Shown piece by piece: positions 35,815 through 42,805 of a DNA stretch of 46,224 nt (position 1 is its first letter; each line of letters opens with the position of its first letter). Both the position numbers and the translations under genes were made by a program. The notes under the pieces are model-generated. The model worked only from the letters and a program-made list of their open reading frames with translations. It ran no database searches and was not told the DNA's origin. The stretch spans positions 1 to 46,224 of the forward strand of contig CAYHKM010000001.1 of the NCBI GenBank assembly GCA_964357285.1, given 5' to 3'. This stretch comes from an uncultured Candidatus Saccharibacteria bacterium (lineage in GTDB: Bacteria > Patescibacteriota > Minisyncoccia > Phycocordibacterales > Phycocordibacteraceae).

Positions 35815-36837
35815 ATGAGAGTCGAAGAGAATGTTCCGCTTGCCCGCGTAACGACGTTCCGCATCGGCGGTCCAGCGCGGTACATCCTCACAATCGCGAA
35901 CGCGCATGAAGTGGAAGCCGCGGTCACGTTCGCTCGCGAGCGGACTCTTCCCGTGATCCCCTTGGGTGACGGGTCGAACATACTTGCCCCCGACAAGGGC
36001 GTCGAGGCCGTCTTCGTCCGACTCACGGCGAACGCGATCCGGCCTACCGACTTTATAAAGGGGATGGTTACGGTGACTGTCGATGCGGGGTCCTCGTGGG
36101 ACGCTTTCGTCGAGCACGCGGTCCGGGAAGGGTGGTGGGGGATCGAAAATCTGTCCGGGATTCCGGGAACGGTCGGCGCCGCGGTCGTGCAGAACATCGG
36201 CGCATACGGAGCGGCGCTTGAGGAAACCATCGTTTCAGCGAATGCTTTTGACATTGAGAGCGGCCGCGTCGTCACCTTGCCGCGGGAAAAATGCTCGTTC
36301 GGATACCGCACCAGCGTTTTCAAAGAAAAGCGGGACCGATATTTCATAACGGCAGTCACGTTCCGCCTCGCCGCGACACCGGCGCCACGCCTCTCGTACA
36401 AGGACATCGCGGCGCATTTCACGGGGTCTGAGGAAGAGCCAACACTTTCGAATATCCGCCGTGCCGTCCTTGCCATCCGGGAAAAGAAATTCCCGCCGCT
36501 CAAGGAGTACGGCACTGCCGGTTCGTTTTTTCTCAACCCGGTCGTTCCGGCGGAAGAGGCGAAGAGGATCCAGTCGCGCTTCGCCGGGATGCCGCTCTTC
36601 CCGATGCCAGAGGGAGGGGTCAAAGTGCCTCTGGCGTGGATCCTCGACCGAGTACTCAAGCTCAAGGGACTCCGCGTTGGCCGAGCGTTTTTGTGGGACG
36701 CGCAGCCCTTGGTGATCGCGGCCGATGTGGGGGGGACGATGCTCGATGTCGAGGGACTCGCTGAACTCGTGCGTGAAAAAGTAAAGACGGAAACCGGCAT
36801 CGAGATAGTTCCTGAAGTACGCATCCTCGCGGGATGA
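35815..36837 (+). CDS. murB: UDP-N-acetylenolpyruvoylglucosamine reductase
   Basis: LARVTTFRIGGPARY, IPLGDGSNIL, GIENLSGIPGTVGAAVVQNIGAYG, GSFFLNP. Confidence 0.9.
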   Translation: MRVEENVPLARVTTFRIGGPARYILTIANAHEVEAAVTFARERTLPVIPLGDGSNILAPDKGVEAVFVRLTANAIRPTDFIKGMVTVTVDAGSSWDAFVEHAVREGWWGIENLSGIPGTVGAAVVQNIGAYGAALEETIVSANAFDIESGRVVTLPREKCSFGYRTSVFKEKRDRYFITAVTFRLAATPAPRLSYKDIAAHFTGSEEEPTLSNIRRAVLAIREKKFPPLKEYGTAGSFFLNPVVPAEEAKRIQSRFAGMPLFPMPEGGVKVPLAWILDRVLKLKGLRVGRAFLWDAQPLVIAADVGGTMLDVEGLAELVREKVKTETGIEIVPEVRILAG

Positions 36838-36950
36838 CATCGTCGCGCGCTCCGTTTCTGTTTCCTGTGCGTGCGATCGACGCGCGAAGTTATCCACACT
36901 CCGGTACGTTTTCAGCGATGCGTGTTCCAGTTCATTCCATAATGAAATTG

Positions 36951-37026
36951 AACTTGTCTTGCTGGCCATGAGTCGGGTCGCAGAGCGCGTACCGCTCAAG
37001 GTCGAGGTCAGCCGAAAGCACAAGTT
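36951..37026 (+). promoter_or_regulatory. structured element upstream of the polybasic mini-ORF
   Basis: Nested pairings: AACTTGT (36951-57)/ACAAGTT (37020-26), GCTGGC (36961-66)/GTCAGC (37007-12, one G-U), GAGCG (36983-87)/CGCTC (36993-97). Confidence 0.3.
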
Positions 37027-37040
37027 TTCTCTCAAACATC

Positions 37041-37112
37041 ATGGCCAAGAAAAAGGCAAAAAAGAAGGTCAAGAAGACGAAGAAGAAGGGTAAGAAAGCT
37101 CGCCGCCGCTGA
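37041..37112 (+). CDS. 23-aa polybasic mini-protein MAKKKAKKKVKKTKKKGKKARRR
   Basis: ATG...TGA is intact and followed 21 nt later by a strong intrinsic terminator. Below the ORF-track length cutoff. No SD seen and no family recognised. Confidence 0.35.
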   Translation: MAKKKAKKKVKKTKKKGKKARRR

Positions 37113-37133
37113 TAACGCGGAAATGTTCTTCGG

Positions 37134-37162
37134 ACGCTCCCGGAACCGGGAGCGTTTTTTAT
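37134..37162 (+). terminator. intrinsic terminator ACGCTCCCGG-AA-CCGGGAGCGT + TTTTTATT
   Basis: 10-bp perfect stem followed by a T-run. Confidence 0.75.
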
Positions 37163-37187
37163 TGTGCCGACGGGTAACACGCTTTCA

Positions 37188-37196
37188 TGTTACGAT
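37188..37196 (+). promoter_or_regulatory. extended -10-like TGtTACGAT, 9 nt before secA ATG
   Basis: caTGTTACGATtcctcccacATG, immediately after the terminator. No SD. Confidence 0.3.
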
Positions 37197-37205
37197 TCCT
37201 CCCAC

Positions 37206-39674
37206 ATGGGTTTTCTCGACCGGTTCTTCTCTCAGCAGAGCCCTCTTTTTGCTAAGGCCAAAAGTGCCGTCTCGGCAGTCAATGCCCGAGAGGTCGAGAC
37301 CAAGGCACTTTCCGACGCCGAACTCACAGACCTCACCCGCCGCTTCAAGGAGCGGCTTGTAGCGGGTGAGGACATCGACGCCCTTCTCCCGGAAGCGTTC
37401 GCCGCAGTCCGCGAAGCTTCGCGCCGCACGCTCGGCGAGCGGCACTACGACGTCCAGGTGATAGGAGGATATGTCCTTCATAATCACGCCATCGCCGAGA
37501 TGAGAACCGGGGAAGGGAAGACCCTCGTCGCCACCCTCCCCGCGTATCTGAATGCCTTAGCAGGGAAAGGCGTCCACGTGATCACGGTGAACGACTATCT
37601 CGCGCGGCGCGATGCCGTATGGATGGGACAGATCCACCACGCGCTGGGTTTGACCGTCGGCGTCATCAATCACGAATCATCCTTCATCTACGACCCCGCC
37701 CACACGAACACCGCGGAAGATGCGGCGCGCGACACCCTCGGCTCGTTCAAGGTCGTGCATGAATTCCTGCGCCCCACCTCGCGCCGCGACGCATATGCCG
37801 CGGACGTGACCTACGGGACCAACAACGAATTCGGATTCGATTACCTCCGCGACAACCTCGAGTACGACACCGCCTCCTTACGCCAGCGCGAGCTCTACTA
37901 CGGCATCGTGGACGAGGTCGACTCGATACTCATCGACGAAGCGCGGACGCCCCTCATCATCTCCGGTCCCGCGCGTGACGCGGAAGAGCTCTACAAGACC
38001 TTCTCCCGCATCGCCGCGTCCCTCAACGAAAACACCGACTATACCGTAGACGAGAAGCTTCGCGCGGTATCGGTGACCGAGTCCGGCATCGAGAAGGCAG
38101 AGCGCACGCTTGGCATCGAAAACATGTACGCCGAAGGCGGCGTGAAGTACGTGCACCATCTCGAGGCCGCGCTCAAGGCGAGGGCGGTCTTTGTGAAGGA
38201 CAAGGATTACGTCGTCAAAGACGGCCAGGTCGTCATTGTTGACGAGTTCACGGGTCGCTTACAGCCGGGACGGCGCTGGTCAGAGGGGCTCCATCAGGCC
38301 ATTGAGGCGAAGGAGAATGTCGCGGTTCAGAAAGAGAGCCAGACCTACGCCTCGATCACCTTCCAAAATTACTTCCGGATGTACGGAAAATTGTCCGGTA
38401 TGACGGGAACCGGTCTCACGTCCGAAGAGGAATTCCGAACCGTCTATAACCTCGACGTCATCGCCATCCCCACGAATCGCGACAACTCGCGGAAGGACAT
38501 GGACGACCTCATCTTCCAGACGGACAACGGCAAGTTCACGGCACTCGCCCGCGAAGTGAAGTCGCGGCACGAGAAGGGCCAACCGGTTTTGATCGGCACG
38601 ACCTCCATCGAAGCGAATGAACGCCTGGCGGGGGTGTTACGGGCCGCAGGGATACCGCACGAGGTCCTGAACGCGAAGAATCACGAGCGCGAGGGCGAAA
38701 TCATCGCGCAAGCCGGGCGGAAATCCGCCGTCACCGTCGCGACCAATATGGCCGGCCGCGGCGTCGACGTGAAGCTCGGAGGAAACCCTCCGACGCCGGA
38801 GGAGTACGAAGCGGTGAAAGCGCTCGGGGGTCTTTATGTGATCGGCACCGAGCGGCACGAAGCCCGCCGTATCGACACCCAGCTCCGCGGCCGCTCTGGC
38901 CGCCAGGGCGATCCGGGAGAGACGCAGTTCTTCATATCGCTCGAGGATCGGCTGATGCGGATATTCGCTTCCGACACCGTAAAAGGAATCATGGGACGCC
39001 TCGGCATCCCGGAGGACGAACCCATAGCGAACCGGATGATCACGAACTCGCTCGAGAACGCCCAAAAGACCATCGAGGGGCGCAACTTCGACGCGCGGAA
39101 GCACGTCCTCGGCTTCGACGACGTCCTGAACCATCAACGGGCTTCTATCTACGCGAAGCGGCGCGCGATACTCGCGGGTGACGGGAATACGGTCCTCGAG
39201 GCCGCGCGCGAGCTCATGACGAGCGCAGGCGCGGACCTCGAAGCCCTCGAGGCGAAAGAGAAGGAACTGGGTGAGGCATTCGTACCCTCTATTCGTCGGA
39301 CGCTTCTCCAAGCGTATGACACGTTCTGGATAGAGCATCTTGAGACCATGGACCACCTGCGCGGCTCGGTGAATCTCCGCTCCTACGGCGGGCGGGATCC
39401 TTTTATCGAGTACCGTCGCGAGGGGCTTCGGCTCTTTCGGGAGCTCGAGGAGGGTCTTGCGCGGTTCGCGACGGACGCCCTCACGCGGCTCACTTCCGGT
39501 CCTCCCCTCGGAGTCGCATCGGTTTCCGTTACCGCGCTCCCGCCCGTCCGCCTGGGGAAGGGGAAGATCGGCAGGAACGACGTCGTCAGAGTCACGAACG
39601 GGACGGAAACGAGGGAGATGAAATTCAAAAAAGCGGAACAACTCCTCAAAGCGGGCTGGAAACTCGTCCCATAG
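37206..39674 (+). CDS. secA: preprotein translocase ATPase SecA
   Basis: Start trimmed to ATG 37206 (MGFLDRFF; track start is GTG). MRTGEGKTLVATLPAYLNAL, DEVDSILIDEARTPLIISG, TNMAGRGVDVKLGG, GRSGRQGDPGETQFF. Confidence 0.95.
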   Translation: MGFLDRFFSQQSPLFAKAKSAVSAVNAREVETKALSDAELTDLTRRFKERLVAGEDIDALLPEAFAAVREASRRTLGERHYDVQVIGGYVLHNHAIAEMRTGEGKTLVATLPAYLNALAGKGVHVITVNDYLARRDAVWMGQIHHALGLTVGVINHESSFIYDPAHTNTAEDAARDTLGSFKVVHEFLRPTSRRDAYAADVTYGTNNEFGFDYLRDNLEYDTASLRQRELYYGIVDEVDSILIDEARTPLIISGPARDAEELYKTFSRIAASLNENTDYTVDEKLRAVSVTESGIEKAERTLGIENMYAEGGVKYVHHLEAALKARAVFVKDKDYVVKDGQVVIVDEFTGRLQPGRRWSEGLHQAIEAKENVAVQKESQTYASITFQNYFRMYGKLSGMTGTGLTSEEEFRTVYNLDVIAIPTNRDNSRKDMDDLIFQTDNGKFTALAREVKSRHEKGQPVLIGTTSIEANERLAGVLRAAGIPHEVLNAKNHEREGEIIAQAGRKSAVTVATNMAGRGVDVKLGGNPPTPEEYEAVKALGGLYVIGTERHEARRIDTQLRGRSGRQGDPGETQFFISLEDRLMRIFASDTVKGIMGRLGIPEDEPIANRMITNSLENAQKTIEGRNFDARKHVLGFDDVLNHQRASIYAKRRAILAGDGNTVLEAARELMTSAGADLEALEAKEKELGEAFVPSIRRTLLQAYDTFWIEHLETMDHLRGSVNLRSYGGRDPFIEYRREGLRLFRELEEGLARFATDALTRLTSGPPLGVASVSVTALPPVRLGKGKIGRNDVVRVTNGTETREMKFKKAEQLLKAGWKLVP

Positions 39675-39689
39675 GTGAGCGCTCCGCGG

Positions 39690-39698
39690 TGCTATAGT
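39690..39698 (+). promoter_or_regulatory. extended -10 TGcTATAGT, 6 nt before ATG 39705
   Basis: gGTGCTATAGTaggcgcATG. No SD. Confidence 0.4.
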
Positions 39699-39704
39699 AG
39701 GCGC

Positions 39705-40046
39705 ATGAAGCTCCTCGTCAGTTTTTTCTCGACGGTCTTTGCGCTACTTCTCATCGCGCACGTCGTCCCCGGGTTCACGGTGACGAACATCTACACCGCG
39801 ATCATAGTCGCGCTCATCCTTGGGGTCGTGAACCTCGTCATACGCCCGATCCTCCTCCTCCTTACGCTTCCCTTGACCATCCTCACGCTCGGTCTCTTCA
39901 CCTTTGTCGTGAACGCTCTCCTCATCTGGGGAGTGGCCGCGGTTGTGCACCTCGACGGCTTCGCGGTCAATGGTTTCATGCCCGCGCTCCTCGCGGGGCT
40001 TATCCTTTCAGTCGTGCACTGGATCGTCCACCGGTTCCTGAAGTAA
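39705..40046 (+). CDS. DUF360 / phage-holin-4_2 family small membrane protein (YvlD-like)
   Basis: Start trimmed to ATG 39705. Four hydrophobic helices; VVPGFTV...VVNLVIRPILLLLTLPLTILTLGLF pattern is typical of DUF360. Confidence 0.7.
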   Translation: MKLLVSFFSTVFALLLIAHVVPGFTVTNIYTAIIVALILGVVNLVIRPILLLLTLPLTILTLGLFTFVVNALLIWGVAAVVHLDGFAVNGFMPALLAGLILSVVHWIVHRFLK

Positions 40047-40053
40047 TCCGTTC

Positions 40054-41025
40054 ATGGCGTTCATCGATGAGATATCCGTGCGTGCGCGCGCGGGACGCGG
40101 AGGCGACGGCGTCGTCCGCTGGCTCCATGAGAAAGGGAAAGAGTACGGCGGCCCTTCCGGTGGGAACGGCGGCACGGGCGGCGACATCGTTCTTCGGGGG
40201 ATACGCGACCTGAACGCGCTCGCCCGGTATCGCGGTCGGAGCGTTTTTACTGCCGAGGACGGAGGGCCGGGCAAAGGAAAGACCATGACCGGCAAGGACG
40301 GGAAACCCTTCGTCATAGATGTTCCCGTGGGTTCCGTGGTCAGGAACGCGAGTACGGGGGAATCCTTCGAACTCATGACGGAAGGAGAAAAGCGAACAGC
40401 CCTCCGCGGAGGGGGCGGTGGACTCGGGAACGCGCATTACAAGTCATCGACCAATCAGTACCCGACGCAATCCACGCGCGGAGCGGATGGGGAAAAGGCA
40501 ACGTTTCAGATCGAGGTGCGACTCATTGCTGACGTCGGCGTGGTTGGGCTTCCGAACGCCGGCAAGACATCGCTTCTCAATACCATCACAAAAGCGGGCG
40601 CGAAGGTTGGCGCGTATCAGTTCACCACGCTCGAGCCGAATCTAGGAGTTTTCCACAGCCATATCCTGGCTGACATTCCGGGGCTCATCGAGGGGGCCTC
40701 CGAGGGGAAGGGACTCGGACACAAGTTCCTGCGGCACATCCGGCGCACCCGCTCCCTTCTCCACTGCATCTCCGCAGAGCACGAAGATCCCTCTCGGATA
40801 TACGAGATTGTCAGGAAGGAGCTTGCGGCATTTGATGAAACACTTCTCACGAAACCCGAGATAATTTTCCTCACTAAAACGGACATGCTCGGCGAGATTG
40901 AGCTCGCGAAGCGGGAAGCCGAGCTTTCGCGCTTCGGGTCGGTCGTTCGGTTCTCGATTATTGATGACGTGCTCGTGAAGAAGGCCTCGGATCGGCTTAC
41001 CGCGTTTTTGAGGGAAGGGAAGTGA
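40054..41025 (+). CDS. obg: GTPase Obg (short, no C-terminal OCT domain)
   Basis: FIDEISVRARAGRGGDGVV, Gly-rich Obg fold GGPSGGNGGTGGDIVL, G1 GLPNAGKTSLLN, G3 DIPGLIEGAS. Confidence 0.9.
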   Translation: MAFIDEISVRARAGRGGDGVVRWLHEKGKEYGGPSGGNGGTGGDIVLRGIRDLNALARYRGRSVFTAEDGGPGKGKTMTGKDGKPFVIDVPVGSVVRNASTGESFELMTEGEKRTALRGGGGGLGNAHYKSSTNQYPTQSTRGADGEKATFQIEVRLIADVGVVGLPNAGKTSLLNTITKAGAKVGAYQFTTLEPNLGVFHSHILADIPGLIEGASEGKGLGHKFLRHIRRTRSLLHCISAEHEDPSRIYEIVRKELAAFDETLLTKPEIIFLTKTDMLGEIELAKREAELSRFGSVVRFSIIDDVLVKKASDRLTAFLREGK

Positions 41026-41035
41026 TTTGCTACGA

Positions 41036-41067
41036 TGCCAGTGTGTGGGTGATACCGCACACTGGCA
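41036..41067 (+). other. 10-bp perfect hairpin TGCCAGTGTG-12 nt-CACACTGGCA after obg
   Basis: No T-run follows. The last base of the 3' arm (A 41067) is the first base of the ATG of the gatB-like fragment. Confidence 0.5.
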
Positions 41068-41105
41068 TGAATAAATACGCACCGACGATAGGCCTTGAGA
41101 TTCAC
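41067..41105 (+). pseudogene. duplicated gatB 5' end (13 codons, MNKYAPTIGLEIH)
   Basis: 9 of 13 residues are identical to the real gatB N-terminus MSGYIPTMGLEIH at 41312-41350. Several differences are synonymous (CCG/CCA, CTT/CTC, GAG/GAA, ATT/ATA). GatB similarity ends after His13. Confidence 0.5.
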
Positions 41106-41303
41106 CCCGGTAGTAGAACGCTTGGCGGTCACTACGGGGCAGGCGCGTTTACTGGCGGACGCCAGAGCGCCCCGCGCCTCTGGCGCGGGGATGAATGGCG
41201 CCATGAAAGAAGTGCGCCCGGTGGGCGCACCCTATCCAGAAAAACACCATGGTCGCCGCCCGCGAAATGCCCCGAGGCTTGCCTCGGGGATAGACGGGCG
41301 GCG
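41105..41303 (+). other. hairpin-dense GC-rich spacer (candidate structured RNA / leader)
   Basis: Stems: CCCCG(G)TAGT/ACTACGGGG (41105-39). Mutually exclusive CTGGC/GCCAG, CGCCAGAG/CTCTGGCG and CCCCGCGCC/GGCGCGGGG (41152-90). Palindrome ATGGCGCCAT (41195-204). GTGCGCCC/GGGCGCAC (41212-30). Nested CGCCGCCCG[CCCCGAGG/CCTCGGGG]CGGGCGGCG (41254-303). Confidence 0.4.
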
Positions 41304-41311
41304 TGGTTTAC

Positions 41312-42745
41312 ATGAGCGGCTACATTCCAACGATGGGCCTCGAAATACACGCTGAACTTAAGACGGCGACCAAGATGTTTTGCACGTCTAGGAACGACCC
41401 GGACGAAACACGTCCGAATGTGAACGTGTGCCCGGTCTGCATGGCGTTCCCGGGGACACTGCCGGTTGCGAACAGGGAAGCGATACGACATGTCTTGCGT
41501 GTCGGAAGCGCGATCGGCGGTGCGCTTGCGGATTACACCGAGTTCGATCGCAAGAATTATTTCTATCCCGATCTTCCGAAGGGGTATCAGATCAGTCAGT
41601 ATGAATACCCGCTCGTCTCCGGCGGGATGCTGTCCGGTATCGCGGTCACGCGCGTACATCTGGAAGAGGACACGGCCCGCTCGCAGCACCTCTCCGCTCA
41701 CGGCGGGGAAGGCGAGGAGTGGAGTGTCATCGATTTCAATCGTGCGGGCGTTCCGCTGATGGAGCTTGTCACCGAGCCCGTTGTCCATGATGCGAAGACG
41801 GCGAGCGCATTCGCTCGCGAGCTTCAGCTTTTGCTCCGCTACCTCGGCGCGGGTGAGGCCAACATGGAGAAAGGACAGATGCGCGTTGAAGCGAATATTT
41901 CCGTTTCAAAGGATCCGGCGACGCTGGGAACGAAAGTCGAGGTGAAGAATCTGAATTCCTTCCGTTCGGTGGAGCGGGCCATTGCCTATGAAATAGAACG
42001 ACAGGTTGAGACTCTGGAGACGGGAAGTCTTATCGTCCAGGAAACCCGCGGATGGGACGAAGCGGGCCAGAAGACGTACTCGCAGAGGAAAAAGGAAAGC
42101 TCGCATGATTATCGTTATTTTCCCGAACCCGACATTCCCAAGTTCAGGCTATCTCGGGTAGCCGAGTTCTCAGCCGAGTCGATTCGTGCAGGGTTCCCGG
42201 AACTTCCCTGGCAGAAACGGGACCGATACGTGGAGAACGGCCTGAAGATCGAAGACGCAGAGATACTCGTCGCGGACGATGCCTATGCACGGGTGGGCGA
42301 CGAGATACTGTCGTCAGGACTTGATAGGGACGGGATGCGCGACGCCTTTAATCTTCTCATTTCCGAGGTACGGGGCCTTACCCCGAACGAGGAGCAGCTA
42401 TCCCGTCTCTCGGGAGCCTCTCTTGGCGAGATAGTAGTCATGCGCCGGGAAGGATCCATATCTTCTGTTGCAGGGAAGGTAATCATCAAGAACTTGCTTG
42501 AAAAAGGCGGAAACCCAGCTGACATAGCTAAGAATAAGGCCGTACTTCAGGTAAGCGATAGAGATTCTCTCCTCGCAGTCGTTGACCAAATAATCTCTGA
42601 CAATGTGGCGGTCGTTGCTGAAATCAAAGCCGGGAAAGAAAAGGCGATGAAATTCCTTCTGGGAGAGGCAATGAAGAGGACAAAGGGCTCGGGGAACCCA
42701 ACGGAGCTCGAAAAGTTCTTTCGCGAGAGGATCGGACTCACCTGA
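41312..42745 (+). CDS. gatB: Asp/Glu-tRNA(Asn/Gln) amidotransferase subunit B
   Basis: Start trimmed to ATG 41312 (track start 41303 is GTG). GLEIHAELKTATKMFC, FPGTLPV, DRKNYFYPDLPKGYQISQY, NRAGVPLMELVTEP. Confidence 0.9.
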   Translation: MSGYIPTMGLEIHAELKTATKMFCTSRNDPDETRPNVNVCPVCMAFPGTLPVANREAIRHVLRVGSAIGGALADYTEFDRKNYFYPDLPKGYQISQYEYPLVSGGMLSGIAVTRVHLEEDTARSQHLSAHGGEGEEWSVIDFNRAGVPLMELVTEPVVHDAKTASAFARELQLLLRYLGAGEANMEKGQMRVEANISVSKDPATLGTKVEVKNLNSFRSVERAIAYEIERQVETLETGSLIVQETRGWDEAGQKTYSQRKKESSHDYRYFPEPDIPKFRLSRVAEFSAESIRAGFPELPWQKRDRYVENGLKIEDAEILVADDAYARVGDEILSSGLDRDGMRDAFNLLISEVRGLTPNEEQLSRLSGASLGEIVVMRREGSISSVAGKVIIKNLLEKGGNPADIAKNKAVLQVSDRDSLLAVVDQIISDNVAVVAEIKAGKEKAMKFLLGEAMKRTKGSGNPTELEKFFRERIGLT

Positions 42746-42793
42746 TATCCCCACAGCTACCAATCATGGAAGAGAACGATGGCGTTACCGCTG

Positions 42794-42799
42794 TATACT
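42794..42799 (+). promoter_or_regulatory. -10-like TATACT, 6 nt before ATG 42806
   Basis: ctgTATACTcatcccATG. Argues for 42806 rather than 42779 as the start. Confidence 0.3.
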
Positions 42800-42805
42800 C
42801 ATCCC

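Noticed and set aside
35492-35818. Three short GTG-initiated leaderless ORFs (23, 24 and 31 aa) upstream of murB as real peptides
   Set aside because: The first runs through an intrinsic terminator. The two repeat copies differ by frame-breaking indels, and the peptide sequences look random. They are kept only as an alternative reading within the repeat finding.
35514-36899. 461-aa minus-strand ORF covering murB
   Set aside because: It is antisense to an unmistakable MurB. Its composition is Ser/Arg/Thr/Ala-rich and motif-free.
36932-37180. 82-aa minus-strand ORF with an FFFVFLTFFFAFFL segment
   Set aside because: The Phe-rich stretch is simply the antisense of the poly-Lys mini-ORF. The ORF also runs through a plus-strand terminator.
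38637-39641. 334-aa minus-strand ORF inside secA, plus similar shadows at 29688..30362, 32749..33654, 44795..45127 and 45482..46215
   Set aside because: They lie antisense to well-supported genes and carry no motifs.
41090-41311. RNase P RNA, T-box leader, SRP RNA, or a group I/II intron in gatB
   Set aside because: A GAAAGAAGUGCGCCC...GGGCGCACC stretch recalls the RNase P P12 region, but the universal GAGGAAAGUCC / ACAGAA P4 motifs are absent. There is no T-box UGGUACC-type motif or specifier architecture and no SRP GGAA/AGCA domain IV motif. The intron models fail because the downstream exon restarts with its own Met-to-His13 rather than continuing the frame, and GUGYG/omega-G boundaries are missing.
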